A DNA stretch of 63,803 nucleotides, the filler included, from Cercozoa sp. M6MM (Eukaryota > Protista > Endomyxa: Ascetosporea): the NCBI GenBank assembly GCA_040357565.1. It is 7 parts of 7 records of this genome, joined end to end, with 100 filler letters (N's around TTAATTAATTAA, not from the genome) between each part and the next. Parts side by side here need not be neighbours in the genome. Positions count along the whole stretch, not along the records: positions 43,815 to 52,436 come from JBDODJ010000520.1; positions 52,537 to 60,644 come from JBDODJ010000566.1; 5 more parts are not named here. One strand, 5' to 3'. Below the pieces are notes generated by a model, which saw only the letters and a list, made by a program, of their open reading frames with translations, made no database searches and was not told the DNA's origin. A program made the position numbers and the translations under genes. Positions 44,878 through 59,240 of this stretch are shown one piece after another (position 1 is the stretch's first letter; the number at the start of each line of letters is the position of its first letter).

Positions 44878-47861
44878 ATGGACCGAAGCCCGAGGATACG
44901 AGTCTGTTCTTGGTGCTTCATTCTCTCAAAGAATGACTCCGCTTTCGACGTTTCATTTTCAGGAACATGCTCAACGAGAGCTTTGTTCGCCTCGACCGAT
45001 TTCCGTACGCGCGAGAGTTTCTAAAAAACCGCGAGCGACGACGGAAGCAACAACTCAGCGTCGTGGAGGCACTGGCGAAGAAGCATGATATTCTGTGCTT
45101 TCAGGAGGTCGACCAAAGCGATGCAGCAAAGACTGAGATGGCACATGTGCTCGAAAAACATGGCTTGGCGTGTGCTTTCTTTCCGCGTTACTTTGGTGCG
45201 CGCGATGGTCTGTACGTTAAGCTTTAAAGGCCGGGATTGGACAGCAAAGAGTGTCCTCAACATGGTCTATGCTGGTAGCTGCGTGGCATGGCAGCAAGAT
45301 TGTGTCAAACTGCACGTGAGCTGCGAACGCTTCGAGTTTGATACACTTGCTGATGAGGTAGCGCTTTTGGTTGCTGGGGTACATCCACACTAGAGAGCGT
45401 TTATTCTTTGCTGTGGACCGCGTAGGTGGTCCCAATGCTGCGACAGCAGTTCCTGCGACGAAACATTGCCGTTGTTGGTGCGCTTGCATCCCTTCGTTTA
45501 GTCGGTGTCCTCGGCCCACCTGCACACTCTTTCTTTGTTTTTCTGAAGGCGTGTTCAAGGTGCACGGCATCCCGGTGGCCGTATCGAATGCGCACCTGCA
45601 TTTCAACCCGCTGCGCGACTATGTCAAGGTGACGCAAATGTTCGCTCTGCTGCGACACGTCGCCTCTGTGTGCAGCAAGCACGGGTACTCTCTGTCTTGT
45701 CTTTTTCCATAACCCTCAATGTTACTTTTGGGGCCAACGGCAGTGTGCACAAGCGAGTGCTGTGCGGCGACTACAACTCGCAGTTGCGGTCGCAGGCACT
45801 CCAGCTGGCGTTGCGCGGACACTGCGAGAACCCGTTGTGGCCCATGCTGCGTGCCAGTCGTGCCCAGGTGTCGCTGCAGAAGGTGGAATCGCCGTCGTTG
45901 GATGACTACTTTAATGGCGTAGTTTTCGACTCGGACAGCGACAACAGCGACAACAACAGTGACGACAACACCGATGTTGATCCAGAGGACTTTGACTTTG
46001 ATTTTGAGTGCGACGGTGACTACCTGGACAGCGACGATGCCAACAGCAACAACAGCGACAGTGATGACTCGGACAACTCTGATGACGACAAGTACGACTC
46101 GGACGACCACAACGAGAGCAATGACAGTGTCGCCGATCGTGCGAGTTTCGGTGGCTTTGCCTGGGACAGCGACGGTGCCGGTCGATGCGAAGATCTACAA
46201 GAGGATGACAATGTCTTCAGCGAGACCACTGCTGCTTCCGATGTCAGCGACAGCAGCGACAGTAGCGACAGCGACAGCGACAGCGACAACGAAAGCGACG
46301 AGGACGACGACGACGAGGACAATCACTTCCGTCAGTGCAACAGCGAGGTTCGCGTTCTGGTCGATTCTGACCTGCGCAAGGTAGGTGAATTTCTTGTCAC
46401 TCTGCTTGGTCCTGGTTTACTCTTTGGCTTTGACAGGTGGGCAAGCTACTCGTGTCGCTCGGTGTGGACACGCTGTTCGTGCCGTCGCACCCGCCGATGA
46501 AGGCGAAGCACATCGTATCTTCTCTGTGTCCTACCGTTTGATAACTAATATTATGCACCCAACTGACCGGCGCGTAGGTGCAACTGGCGCACGAGGAGGA
46601 ACGCGTGCTGATCACGCGGTCCAAGCAGTGTGTTCGGCGTGCCATGTATGCTGCTATACACATACCTATCAGTATTTACATCCAGGATGTATTCATTGCT
46701 TCAGTGTATATACACGCCGACAGTATATATACGTATCTATATAAGATTTATATATATATATTCATCGTCACTTGTGGACACACATGTAAACAGGTGCAAG
46801 AACTACGTGCTGATAGACGTGCGTGCCGAACAGACGGAAGCACAGACTGCCGCCGTTGATGCACTGCGACTTGATACTAGTAAGTTCACTTGTTGGCTCT
46901 TTTTCTTACGCACTTGTCTGCTTGTAGCACCACACGGCGCGGTCTACGAGGCACTGGAACGCGCGTGTTACATCTTTAGTTGTCATGGGTGCTCACTGAG
47001 GCAGCTGGAACTTGTACCCACATGCACTCGTGTTTCCTAGCACGGTTGCTGGATGCCTTGTGTGTACTGGAATGCAGGTGCCGATGAAGAGAATTCCGCT
47101 GGCCGAGGCTCAGAAGGAGGTCGATCACGAACAGGTGCAGTCGGGACGACGCTTTGGATCCAAGATTGTAAACTATGTTTTGTATTCATAAATCTGTATG
47201 TATATCTACGTTTGTATGTCTACAGGCATGCTACCGTTGCCTGCAGTGCCGCGGCATATGTTGGTTCCGTCGTGGTCGTCAAAAGTACGTTTGTCCCCTA
47301 CCCTTTGGCGTGTCCTCTTACATTTGTTCTGCACAGACGCAGATTAAAGCGACGTTTACGCCGCTTGCGTGCCTTGCATCGTCGGGTATCCCAATGTGTC
47401 CTAGTTTTAATTATCATCGGACTATGTTTCTGCAGGTACGACGCGCCAGACGACATCGCAAGAAGCAAAAGGGCTTCTCCTTCATAGGTACACCCTCTCT
47501 TTTGTGTTAGAATGCCGTTTATTATCACTATTTATTTAGACGAGGCCAAGTGGCATCAATCGCTGCAACTCAAGCGTGCCAGGACAACGGACGGCGACAC
47601 CACCAAGTAAGCCCTGTTCGTATACCTTTGACCCCCCTATTCTCCCTCTCTTCCGGTAGAACCCACGAATTCGCCGGCTGCATCGACCACGTGTTTGTGG
47701 ATGCCAAGGCCACCGTGCTGGACACGGCACTGGTGCTTGGCATCACGAGTGGCACTGACAGTGAGCACTCGTTGATCACCAGCGATCACGTCAGTGAGAT
47801 GATCCCGTCTGCGAGGTGGCCCAGCGATCACGCTGCCATCAGTGCCGCTGTACAACTTTGA
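44878..47861 (+). CDS. Angel/CCR4-like EEP phosphoesterase with an acidic tract and a Mut7-C (PIN-like + Zn ribbon) domain inserted
   Basis: EEP motifs RVCSW|NML, DILCFQEVD, VSNAHLHFNP..VK, LCGDYNS, FAGCIDHVF and WPSDH. Between GDYNS and CIDH lies RVLVDSDLRK|VGKLLVSLGVDT...LAHEEERVLITRS...IFSCHGC...CYRCLQCRGICWF. Confidence 0.82.
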
Positions 47862-48081
47862 CCTAATGCCTGACGTGACAGTCGGTGCCGGTATCCCAGC
47901 ACGACGGACCAATAGCGTTGGATCGAGTTAAATTGAATGAAGTTTAAAAACAAAACTGAATCGAATGAAGTGATTTGATCCCGTCCAAGCTGACGAAACT
48001 AAATCGAATGATAAACTATTCGAGTTGAACTTTTGGAGTTGTTTTATCTTCACAAGCATGAGCAGCGTTGCATGATCCGGG

Positions 48082-48633
48082 TCAGTGTGCGTTGTGCACA
48101 ACAGACGCGTGCGAAAACTCGTCGGGCGACAGGAAACCTCCTGAGTTGAAAAGTGAGTGCGAACACCTTGAGTTTCCCTTTACCCGCACCCCCCCCCCCC
48201 AATAAAGACTGTACCACAGGGTTCGTCGGAGGCCTCAAAGTAGGACCGGTCGACAGTGAAGCTGTCGAACTAAACTCCACGCAATACGACAACTGAAGCC
48301 GAACAACACTGAAGACACAGAGACGAAGGTACAGTGGTGCGCTCCACTGACGTTCGCACAGTCGTGACGTTGTCAACGCGACTTTTGGGACTTCCCGTTG
48401 TCGTCAGCCATGTGTGGCTATTTCACACGAGGTGTAATCCACCTAAAAAGGGCAGAGACAGTGTACAAAGCATCGATCTTGCTGCCAGGGCCCTGCGCGA
48501 CGCCGACAACGGTGCCGTTTGTGGCGTTGCGGACATAGCCCACCAGCTCCAGCGCCTGTGCCTGCAGGTGTGTGTGCTTGCGAAAAAACACACCTTGCAC
48601 ACGTCCGGCCACCACAAACTTCAGCGATTGCAT
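48082..48633 (-). CDS. ACYP: Acylphosphatase
   Basis: FVVAGRVQGVFFRKHT...LVGYVRNATNGTVVGVAQG, WLTTTGSPKSRVD, FDSFTV. Confidence 0.93.
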
Positions 48634-48674
48634 CCGACCACAGATAACACCAGCACTGTTTGGAGTGTTTGGAC

Positions 48675-50182
48675 TCAGTTTAAGTGCATCCAGAATCTAA
48701 CCAGGAGCCGCAAGTTCCCCCAGTTGATTTTCTCATTTTGCCGCCTTGTTCCCAGTCGAGTTTTCAAGTACTGTAGTATTTTGCAGATCAAAACTGTACA
48801 AGTGCAGTGAAAAGGACTTGAGTGGGCGGCGGCCTGCGGTCTGGGTGTGAATTTAGTCAAGATGTAGGTGCTCCCGCTCAATGCGCGCGTATGTTTGGTC
48901 CCTGGTGTTCCACAACAGTGACTTCTCAATAGTCAAAAGCCGTGTCTGGAATTAGTAATGTACACACCTTTGTTGAGCAGAAAGTTCGCCACTGGGCACG
49001 TGATACTTGGACAGCAGTGTCCACATCAGCACCGCCGACACTGCGTTGAGTGCACACGCCGCAATGCCTACACAACTCGAACTGTTTTACACGACTGAAA
49101 GAAGCAATTAATTTTGTTGTGCAGTATCCAGCATAGGGCACAGTACCCATTTTGACATGCCGACCGATGCTGGTGTGAATCACACTGTCGTCGAGTGCTC
49201 TGCCCCAGTCAATCGTGTGATTAATCACTGCACAATATGCAGTCATGCACAGGTATAAGTAGAATTACATCTTTAAATACTAGAACTACCGTCGGCGTGT
49301 GCGACACCCCACCACACGAAGAGTGCTGTTGCACCACAGAAACACGCGCACACCGAGCAAGCAGGCCATGCTCTGGTAGATTCAAGCGAGTGAAGACAGA
49401 CAGTTGACGAGTGCATTCAGTACCGGTGCAGCGATAGAGTCGGGTGAAACGGTATCGCCTACATTACGATACTATAGAAGAATGTATTACATAAATTGAG
49501 AACTTCCAACTGCTGTACCAAAAGACACTGTCCGATAAGGGCAATGAAGTTCCAAATCAATGCGATCCTGCCAGCGTCCAAGGAGGGTATCATGGTGTGT
49601 CTTCTGATACAGCACATGCACGAAAAAGGGAAGGCACACAATGGTCGCGTAGGTCGCACCTCCCGCAACGTACAGGTCGCACGGTGCCTAAACAGTTGTG
49701 CTTTCAGTTTTACACAGGAGCAGAGCAGTGTACTGTACATCCATGAAGGCGCTGGATTGATCAATGCACGTGTCGTACTTGTAGAGTACGTTGGCACCTT
49801 CGTACAAGGGCGACACCCAAGCGGCATCAAGGCCCAGATGCACCTGCACGCAGCAAACACTTTCAAGTCCAGGGTCAAAAGTGGTCTCCAACATTCATGA
49901 GTCAAACCTGCCTCAGAGCGGACGGCGTTGCCTTGAGTCGCGCGGATCAGCGACCAGCTTTGCCCGTCGTGCACCTGCAGGATCTGCAACGCGATAGCAA
50001 CCAGTGTGCACACCGAGGCGAGTCTAACACAGCTCAATATTTTGTATGTACAGTGACGGGGAGCACAAACATGATGCTTTGGTTTACAGCCAGATGAGAG
50101 CCAGCGGCAAAAAGCCGGCAAGATCGCTGAAAGGCGAAAACAGCGCGTTTAAGATGCTACTCGTCTTTTGACGCACACCCAT
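48675..50182 (-). CDS. Hypothetical multi-pass membrane protein
   Basis: MGVRQKTSS...FLPLALIW|LLASVCTLVAIALQIL, then hydrophobic exons GRIALIWNFIALIGQCLL and CACFCGATALFVWW. Boundaries uncertain. Confidence 0.45.
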
Positions 50183-50481
50183 AGCATGAAGATTCTCTAA
50201 AAATTGTGGAAATGCCTGCTAAAACGCATCTAAACATGGTTTCATGGTCTTCCACATTGTAGCCAGCTGAAATCGAACACCGACGAGAGTGACATCTGCC
50301 TGTTCTTAGGCTGTGAGCCGACACAAAGGTATGCGTCTTTAGGCTCCAAGCCCTCGATACGGGTTCCTCGACAAATAGAGATATTTTTCTGTTCGTGTTT
50401 TCGTGTGTGTGGTTCTGGGCACGTCGTTGACTCCATACTCCATGACCTGATGTGCGTGTGTTGTTTGTTGCAGAAAAAACA

Positions 50482-51247
<766 letters not shown>

Positions 51248-51530
51248 ACCCTCCGACCGCCCCCATCAACTGAACAAACGAACCGAAGCTGTGTGTCACA
51301 TTGTTAAACTTATCAAGTGCTTGCTGCCACGCCAGTCTCCCTATCACGCTGCGCTGGTCGAGTTTCAGAACACAGGTCTGGCAGAGGGTAATATAAAGTT
51401 TAAAAAAAGAACGATCTGAGGCCACAGGCTCTAAACGCGTGTGTAAAGAGTGCACCAGTGAGAATCTGTGCCTTTCAAGTACCTAGCACGGCCTGTGGAG
51501 TCGTGTGGGAGGTGTGCCCCTTGTGCAGAA

Positions 51531-52436
51531 ATGGAGTACTTGTACGTTCACCTCCTCCCTCAATGTGGTGCTGCTATTGTGCAAGCGTATGTTTGCTGCT
51601 GTTGCAGACGTGCGTATCGCGAGGAGTACGCGCAGAAGGAGGCGCAGAAGGAGGCACGGCGTGTAGAGACGCAGCTGCAAGCGCGCACGCAGGTGCTCAA
51701 TGAGGTAGCTTGCTTTCTGGCCTTGTGTGTGTGCACATGTGTATGTGTGTGTATGTGTACAGTTGACCAAGGCGGTGCATCACCTGCGCAAGAGTTATCT
51801 GGAACAGCATCAGCACCAACAACAACAACAACAACATCATCAGCATCAGTTAGCCAGTGTCCGAGCAGCCAAGGTGCTGCACCGCACTGTGCAGGCAGCA
51901 CAGTGTCCGCAGGCCAAATGGCTGGTACTCTACTGTTACTTCTTACCCCTGTTTACCCTCTTACCCCCTCTTACCTCCCTCTCACCCCCTCTTACCCCCC
52001 CCTGCCCCGTTGTGCGTGTGGGAGCTGCTGCTGGAGCTACGTCGCACCTCGCTCAGCGCAGTTGGTACAGTCGCACCCCTTTGACTATCACACCCTTAAC
52101 TATCACGCGCCCTTAACTATCACACCCCCTTAACTATCACACCCTCTTAACTATCGAGGAAAAACGCAGGTGCGATCACGCCCAAGATGCGGCAGCTGCA
52201 GTCGCCGCGTCCGCGTGTTGCGAGCGACGACGAGGCGGCCTCGGCCGAGTCGACCTCCGAATCCGAGGAGGAGGCCTCGCTGCGACGACGGGTGCACTCT
52301 TACCCTCTTGTTTACCCCCCCCCATTAAACCTTCTTCCTTACCCCCCATTTTACTCCCCTTCTTTATCCCCACCCCTGTTTATCCCCCATTTTATTTTTA
52401 CCCCTCATTTTACCCCTCATTTTTACCCCCCCCCCC
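51531..52436 (+). CDS. Hypothetical coiled-coil / poly-Q protein (3'-truncated)
   Basis: RAYREEYAQKEAQKEARRVETQLQARTQVLNE|LTKAVHHLRKSYLEQHQHQQQQQQ, in GC-rich exons with GT-AG introns. Confidence 0.5.
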
Positions 52437-52536
52437 NNNNNNNNNNNNNNNNNNNNNNNNNNNNNNNNNNNNNNNNNNNNTTAATTAATTAANNNNNNNN
52501 NNNNNNNNNNNNNNNNNNNNNNNNNNNNNNNNNNNN

Positions 52537-52585
<49 letters not shown>

Positions 52586-53536
52586 ACCGTTTTAGCCGAG
52601 GTTTCGACAAACAGCATCGCATTGTCTCGCGCAAACTCAAGTGCCTGTAGATTGAAACTTAGTACACAGCAGAGTCATCTAAAACAAGGCACCTCTTCTG
52701 TGGAAACTACGCGCTGGTCTTCCAGATCACATTTGTTGGCGCATCTATCCAGAATCAAGCAGGAGCATGCAGGGCAGGGTATGGAAGAACAAGACAAGCA
52801 TACAGCATGGTGACAACTCCTGGCCGCGTTGCGCACGAGGCTACTTCCCTCATCCAATCCCTTACCTGATGGCAGCACTAATAACATACATCGTATGCAG
52901 AGGAAGGTGTCGCTACATTGTCAAACGTCTCTCGGCGTGTCACATCGAAAGCGAGCACCACGCCATGCGCACCTCGGTAGTACCTACAGAGTTTCCCTCC
53001 TGTGTCTGTCTCCTCATCTGCGTTCATATACATTATATCGCAGTGTTTTACGCGTTGGTCAGTGTTCGAAAGCGCTCTTGGCCTGCCGTATCCCAGACTG
53101 CGCGAGCAGACAATACGCACAACACACATGCGATGCCGGTCGGCAGGGTCACGAAATCGGGGCAAGAAAACCATACTCGTGAGCTTTAGCTGTTTGCCTT
53201 GAATCGACACTCGCTTGACCTGAAGAACAGTCGCACGTACTCCCGTGTCAGCACACGGTATTCTGTGGTAAAGACGCTCACCTTTAAATCAACGCCTATC
53301 GTACTGCGAGATTCTGCGTCGAACTGCGGAAAAAGGTTGTCGACACCAGAGACCGGAACGTGTGGATAGACTGTGAATACAAAAATACCTGATCACACGT
53401 AAAAGCGGTCAACAAACACGTCTTGCCAACACCGGAGTCGCCTGTGAGCACGCGATAAAACGCAAATGAACAGCAAATTCTGACGAGCAAAATTACCAAT
53501 CATGAGTAGCTTTAAAAGATGGTCGAAGTCGCCCAT
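52537..53536 (-). CDS. RAB18: Rab GTPase, Rab18/RabC-like (3'-truncated)
   Basis: MGDFDHLLKLLMI|GDSGVGKTCLL, STIGVDLK|VKRVSIQGKQLKLT|IWDTAGQERFRTLTNA|YYRGAHGVVLAFDVTRRETF, NKCDLE, FVETSAKT. Confidence 0.85.
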
Positions 53537-53861
53537 ACTGCCTGATTTGATGCAAACACTGGTAAATAGACGCGGTGAAGCCCTCTTTGCTCCGTATAAT
53601 CAAGCTGGGTGTCCAGCGCTGCGTTCGGAAAAGCACCCTTAAAAATGAAGGTCTGCTCAGGCTGTCAGCTGTCAGTGTTCTCCTCCTACTGCCTCTAAAG
53701 AGGCCAGTTTTGTGCTTGCACGCACTGGCACTGCAGAGTCCTGGATACAGAGCTAACATCTGGGCCGTATGATCGCGCGTGGCACTCGGACTTTTGCTTT
53801 TAATTCTTGGGAGGAAAACTGGGACGCCTTTGGTCGACAATGCACCCAAGGGTGTTTACGC

Positions 53862-56090
53862 ATGCTCGCCAACACCAATTTTTGCCGGGACGCGCCCCAA
53901 GTATCTTATACAGCAGATTTGAGAAAGGAATCATATCAATTTTTATAATTTATGTGCAAAGGCAGTGCGAGCACTACTTTGCGCCCTCTTGATTGGTTGC
54001 ATGTGCGCGTTTTGCTGCTTGGACGAGGACAGTGTCAGCTTTGATGATGAGGGTCGCGATGCAAACGAAGCGGTGGTATCGCAAGTGAGTGTATTGGCGA
54101 GGTATCCACCGAGCGCTAAGCAGGCCTCGACGACGATGCAGACTCTGGCGGTGTTACCTACCTCGCGTCTACTGATGGTGCAGATCGCTTCTTTCGACGA
54201 GACTCACTTTCGTGTCGTCGCAAGGTGCCAGGTGCTTAACGGAATTGTCCTTCGCAACTTTGTGCGTCGCGTCAGGCGAGCGGAAACTGCGCGACGCCAA
54301 GCTGAGCTGCGACTCGCCTTCAACATTCCCGATACTGCTTCTGACGTTGAGTTGGTGTCAAAGCAGCTGTTTTTACTTCCCAAAGATGTTTCCGCAACGA
54401 GCCAACTCCGGTAACATGCTTTTATTGGACTGGTTATCATTATGTGACCTGGTATTTATTTTTTCATTTATCAAACAGATGCAGCGTCACGCGATTTCCA
54501 AAGAAGCTGAGCGAACAACATGTGCCAAGCAACAGAAAAGAGTCAAAGGTGCTGGCGCATGTGTCGTCTGTACCATTACAAGACACTGGCATAGAGGACG
54601 AGCAGCGTGGAGTCTCTGTGCTGCATTTGACTCCTTCGCTTTCAGCCGTGCCCGTTCTCGTCAAGGGTTCACATGTAACATACCACTTCTGTATACTTTC
54701 ACGCACTATTATTGATTTGCCTTCTTCAGAGGCACCGCGTGCTATTGTTGCATCCTTCAAACCAAATTGTTTCGATCGAAACGGTTTCTACGAAGGTGGC
54801 ACATATACCGTACGGCCGAGGTACCAGGCATCAGAATAAATTAATATACAGGCACTGATACCAATATCTCCACAGTCCGACTCCATCAAAATGCCGTGAC
54901 ACTGACGGGCACTACAGTTGGCACGATTTACTACCTGCTCGTGAGAACGCGATCTCGTACCAGCAGTGGCAGTACGCGAGTGCTTTTGGTGCGACACGAA
55001 TCATCGCTTGCGCACTTGTTTGCAGGTACTGGAAAGCCTGGCATTCTTTGCGTCGATTGTGCAGAAGCTTGAAGAATCCCTTCTGTCTCAGTGACGTTTC
55101 TGGTTTTGTTTTGCATTCTCACTCTCGTTCCAACGGTGGTGCTGCTGGTTGATCGGTTGGAAACTTCTCCGATGGGCACGCTTGTTGTGTGGAACGTCCC
55201 CCTGTGGCAACAAAACGTTGTTGGTGAGCTGTCTTTGTTTCAAAGCAAAACCAAACTACCACAGGTTTCCCGACTTTGTGATACAACTCATTCATATATC
55301 TTTAGGGTACACGCTTGGAGTGACAAGTCAAGAAATGGATACCTTGATGAATTTGCTTCTGGCGCGCTATACCATGTACGATGGGCGCTCTCTGAGTTAG
55401 CTTTGGTGAGATGACCCTTTGTTCATTGTAACTGCACGCGCAGAGAAGAAATAGTGGCTCAAGACATGTCGTACGCATTTCAAACGACGCATTTTCGCCC
55501 TGTTGTTGCGGTACTTCCTTGGTATTCGACATACCAATACGCTTACGTGCTGTACAACAAGAGAATGTGTTTACACAGTATCGCACGATACGCGCATTGC
55601 ACATACACCCAGTTCGAACGGTACAGCAGGTTCAAGACGCGGTGGTAGAACACTTTCGGCAGAGTCGGTGTCTGCCTCCGCAATTGCTTCATACCGCTGG
55701 GTGTGTGTAACTTTATCTCATCTTAAACGTGTCGGTGCTGCAACGTTTTCTCTCGCCAGGAGGATTCTGCGAGCGAAGCGAACCAACGAGACCTGCGCCG
55801 TGTGTCTGGCCTCTCTTTCTGGTACCGGTCTCTGCGCTGATAACCCCTCATAGATCTACGGTATGTGTGTACTGTATAATACCGAAATAAAAGAGAGCGT
55901 TGTGCGCAAGTTGATCTGCGGACATGAATTTCATGTTTCTTGTGTCGATACCGTAACACTAACTTTCCTCAAGTGAAACCATCATGATTGTGTTACATAG
56001 TGGCTGCTGCGCCACGACGCGTCATGCCCGCTGTGCCGATTGCGCCTGCGTGCAACGGCGAGAGTCGGAGTTCAAATGGACCCTTTATAA
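53862..56090 (+). CDS. Membrane-anchored RING-H2 E3 ligase-like protein (start uncertain)
   Basis: Hydrophobic N-terminus, a TM segment FLVLFCILTLVPTVVLLV, and C-terminal CAVCL...LICGHEFHVSCVDT|WLLRHDASCPLCR. Stop TAA at 56088-56090. Confidence 0.75.
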
Positions 56091-56120
56091 GTTTAAATAA
56101 TATTATTTTAATTTGTACAT

Positions 56121-56227
56121 AAATTTAGTTAGTTGAGTCTTACAGGAAACCAACTAAGTAGTTCCCCTGTACCAGTTTGAGGTGGGTCACAAGAGCATGG
56201 TCGTGTCTAGCGCCTGCTCAGGGGAGG
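56121..56227 (-). repeat. Dispersed element, copy 2
   Basis: Reverse complement aligns to 36795-36902, including the AGACTnAAnTAACTAAnTTT tail. Confidence 0.85.
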
Positions 56228-56431
56228 ACCATTTGCCGTTCCAGACAACGAAATCGATCGACTTCATGGTTGCGTTGACGAGAGGGCTTCAAGTCGAGAG
56301 GCGTTATACGACAAATTGGACATACATTCCGGGCATCCTGAGCCCGTCTTAAAAGTACTAGAATGAGTTTAATTCTTAAACAAACCGGAACGAGTACGGT
56401 ACGCACAGACAGCACAGTTAGCGTCTTCAGT

Positions 56432-58110
56432 TCATTCTGATTCAAGCGAGCTTTGCTCGTCAGAATCGCCAGTAGCATTGCGTTCGCGCTCCAGCAGCCG
56501 CCTCACGCGACTCTGACAAACAGAGGTATCAAAAACGCACGCATAGCAAAGATACTGCGTGCGCATAAAGTACTTGAATGGCGTGGGCCCGGAAACGAAT
56601 ACGTCGCTACAGCAAGTGAAATGAAGAGGACGCATTCCGGCGCCGGTGGTAAAACGTAAGGACAGGGAATACCGACATGTCGAAGTCAAACGAGGACGCT
56701 TGTTTACACGAGGCACGTACGTTGTCAGCAATCTCGTCGCTTAGTGGGCGACCACTCGCACAGTGCAATTCTAACAATGTCTCTGCGTGCAGCAGGTACG
56801 TCTGTGCCAGTGTGCTTTGGTGCACCTGCGGACACGTCGCACATTGACCAATAGGTCGATAATAGAATGGGAGCTCAAGTACCTCCTTCTCCCACTGCGA
56901 GCACTGTTTGGTTTCGACATGCGTCGCATTGTGCAAAACAGTGTCGCAGATCAGCACGGTTTCTTGATGCGACGATATGAGCGCACCTTTGAGCAGCAAC
57001 AGACGATTAAGGCCCACTTGCTGCTGCAGTGTTGGCTGCTGCTCTGACTGCTCTGACGGTTGCTGACGCTCAAGCCACGTGTTGAGTGTGCGCACCAGCG
57101 TTGCGACACCTTGCGCAGTCAAGTTGGACACGGCATTCCACTGTCTCACACTTAGTAATGTCATTCATAATAACAATACACCTTGAGCTAGAATGCGTCG
57201 TCCACGCGGTACCAGAAGAATGATTTCAATCACATCGATCAAAGCGGCAACGATGATGCGCTCGTTTCGGCAGTCATGGTTGCTGCCGCTGAGTTCGTCC
57301 AGTAGAGCAAGGTGCGCTTGTGCCCTGACAAAAAATAAAGTCCTTGTATTGATCAAGAACGTCAGGAAATACAACGACTGCTACCGGTGAAGCGTCGTGT
57401 GCTCGGTCGGGACCAGTTTACGAGTTGAACGGCCACTCTTGTGGTCAGTGTCCACCACATTCAAAACCATGCGCAGCCGGTCACTCCATTCACGCACGTT
57501 GTTCTCACTCAACGTGCTACTACAGGGGGGAGGGGGGCAATTATATCGGCAATAACAAGGCAAGGCAAATGAAAATACAAGGAGGGCGACGAGGTAGCCG
57601 ACCATCCGGTCGCGTCCAAGAGGTCGCAGTGGGCGTACAGTAGCCAGTACATGCCGCGAAAGCCTTTGAGATAAATACATGTGCAGAAGGTGAATGATGG
57701 TCTATAACACAGCAAGAACTTTATTTTACCAGACTTGTTGAACACCTCGTCACACTCGGCGCAGGTCTTCCACATTGCCTGCGAGCAAGCACATTCCATC
57801 CAGGCATAAAAAATACAGGGTCAGTGAACAATACCGCTGCGCGCATCGGGTCGCACGCTAGCAGGTGGCACCACGCACTGTTGTAGTCAGCGAACATTGC
57901 AAATGCCGGGATCTCCTGTACACACATGTGTAACTCACCCTCTCTGCTGAAGAATACGTGTACCGCTGTTGCCACACTCATACGCCGCGCAGCATCTGTT
58001 GGTGCATAGACAGATAAGGGTAAGAGACAGGCGAAGAGGTACCAATAGCGCCATCCATGTTCTTCTTGAGTCGCTCTTGTCGACATAGCTGTACAAGAGA
58101 CACATACATA

Positions 58111-58158
<48 letters not shown>

Positions 58159-58168
58159 NNNNNNNNNN

Positions 58169-58216
<48 letters not shown>

Positions 58217-59173
58217 ACAACGTACAATGCCCAGGAAGGCGGCTGACTCAGGAAACAGCGTCAGAAATCGCTGCACCAGTGCCTCCTGCCTCGTCGTGTC
58301 CTGCGTACTCGCGTCGCCAAAGAACGGACCAATCGTGGCACCGTAGTGTCCCAGCCTGTGCCAGCCAAGGCAGTCACAAAACCCATCAGTCACAGCACAA
58401 TACCTCACACACATAGTCACAGACAGGGACACTCAGACACAGTCATAGACAGGTACATGACGGCAGAGAACGGAGCGAAAAGCGCCGGCTCTTGCTCGGC
58501 TACCTCGCGTTCCGCTGACTCTGCAAGACGTCTGAGCAAGAATGCCATTTCTCTTCCTCTTTAATTCCTTCAGTAAGAGAACACCATTAAGAGAGGCAAT
58601 ACTTGAGAGCGACATCGCGATCACCTTGGAAGCCAAAGATCTATTTGCACAGGACACTTATGGACTGGGTAAAGGGAATACTGGCTGTGAGCTGTGAGGG
58701 GAGGTAAGTAAAAGGCGAGACCTGTGCCACACGCAGGATCGACGGCGGCAGCAGTGACAGCAACAAATTAAACAGACCGACGCCGAAATCCACCGAGGCA
58801 TACTGTCAAAGGTACCGCGACAATACTAAAAACAAGCAAAATATGGATAAAGGATAAACCAGATCAGCGTGTCGATGCTGCTCGCTTAGGAGGCTCTCTG
58901 CGTCGCCAGACTCAAACACCTGTCGACAAAATAAAACACCGTTTCTGTCAACAAAGTTAAAAAAGAGATCTGTGCAATCGAAACCTGTGCGTCGATCTGG
59001 GCATCCAGTGCCGTGTAGTATGACCAAGCCTTGCGCAGGTTCCACGTTGCTGCAAAGCGCCTTGATGGGGAAGTAGGACAAAAACGGGTCGGGGGGGGGG
59101 TACCCTTGATGTATCGCTGCAGTAACAACTGCACCAAGGCGCCTACGGATCAAACACATCCACATCCACGTCG

Positions 59174-59240
<67 letters not shown>

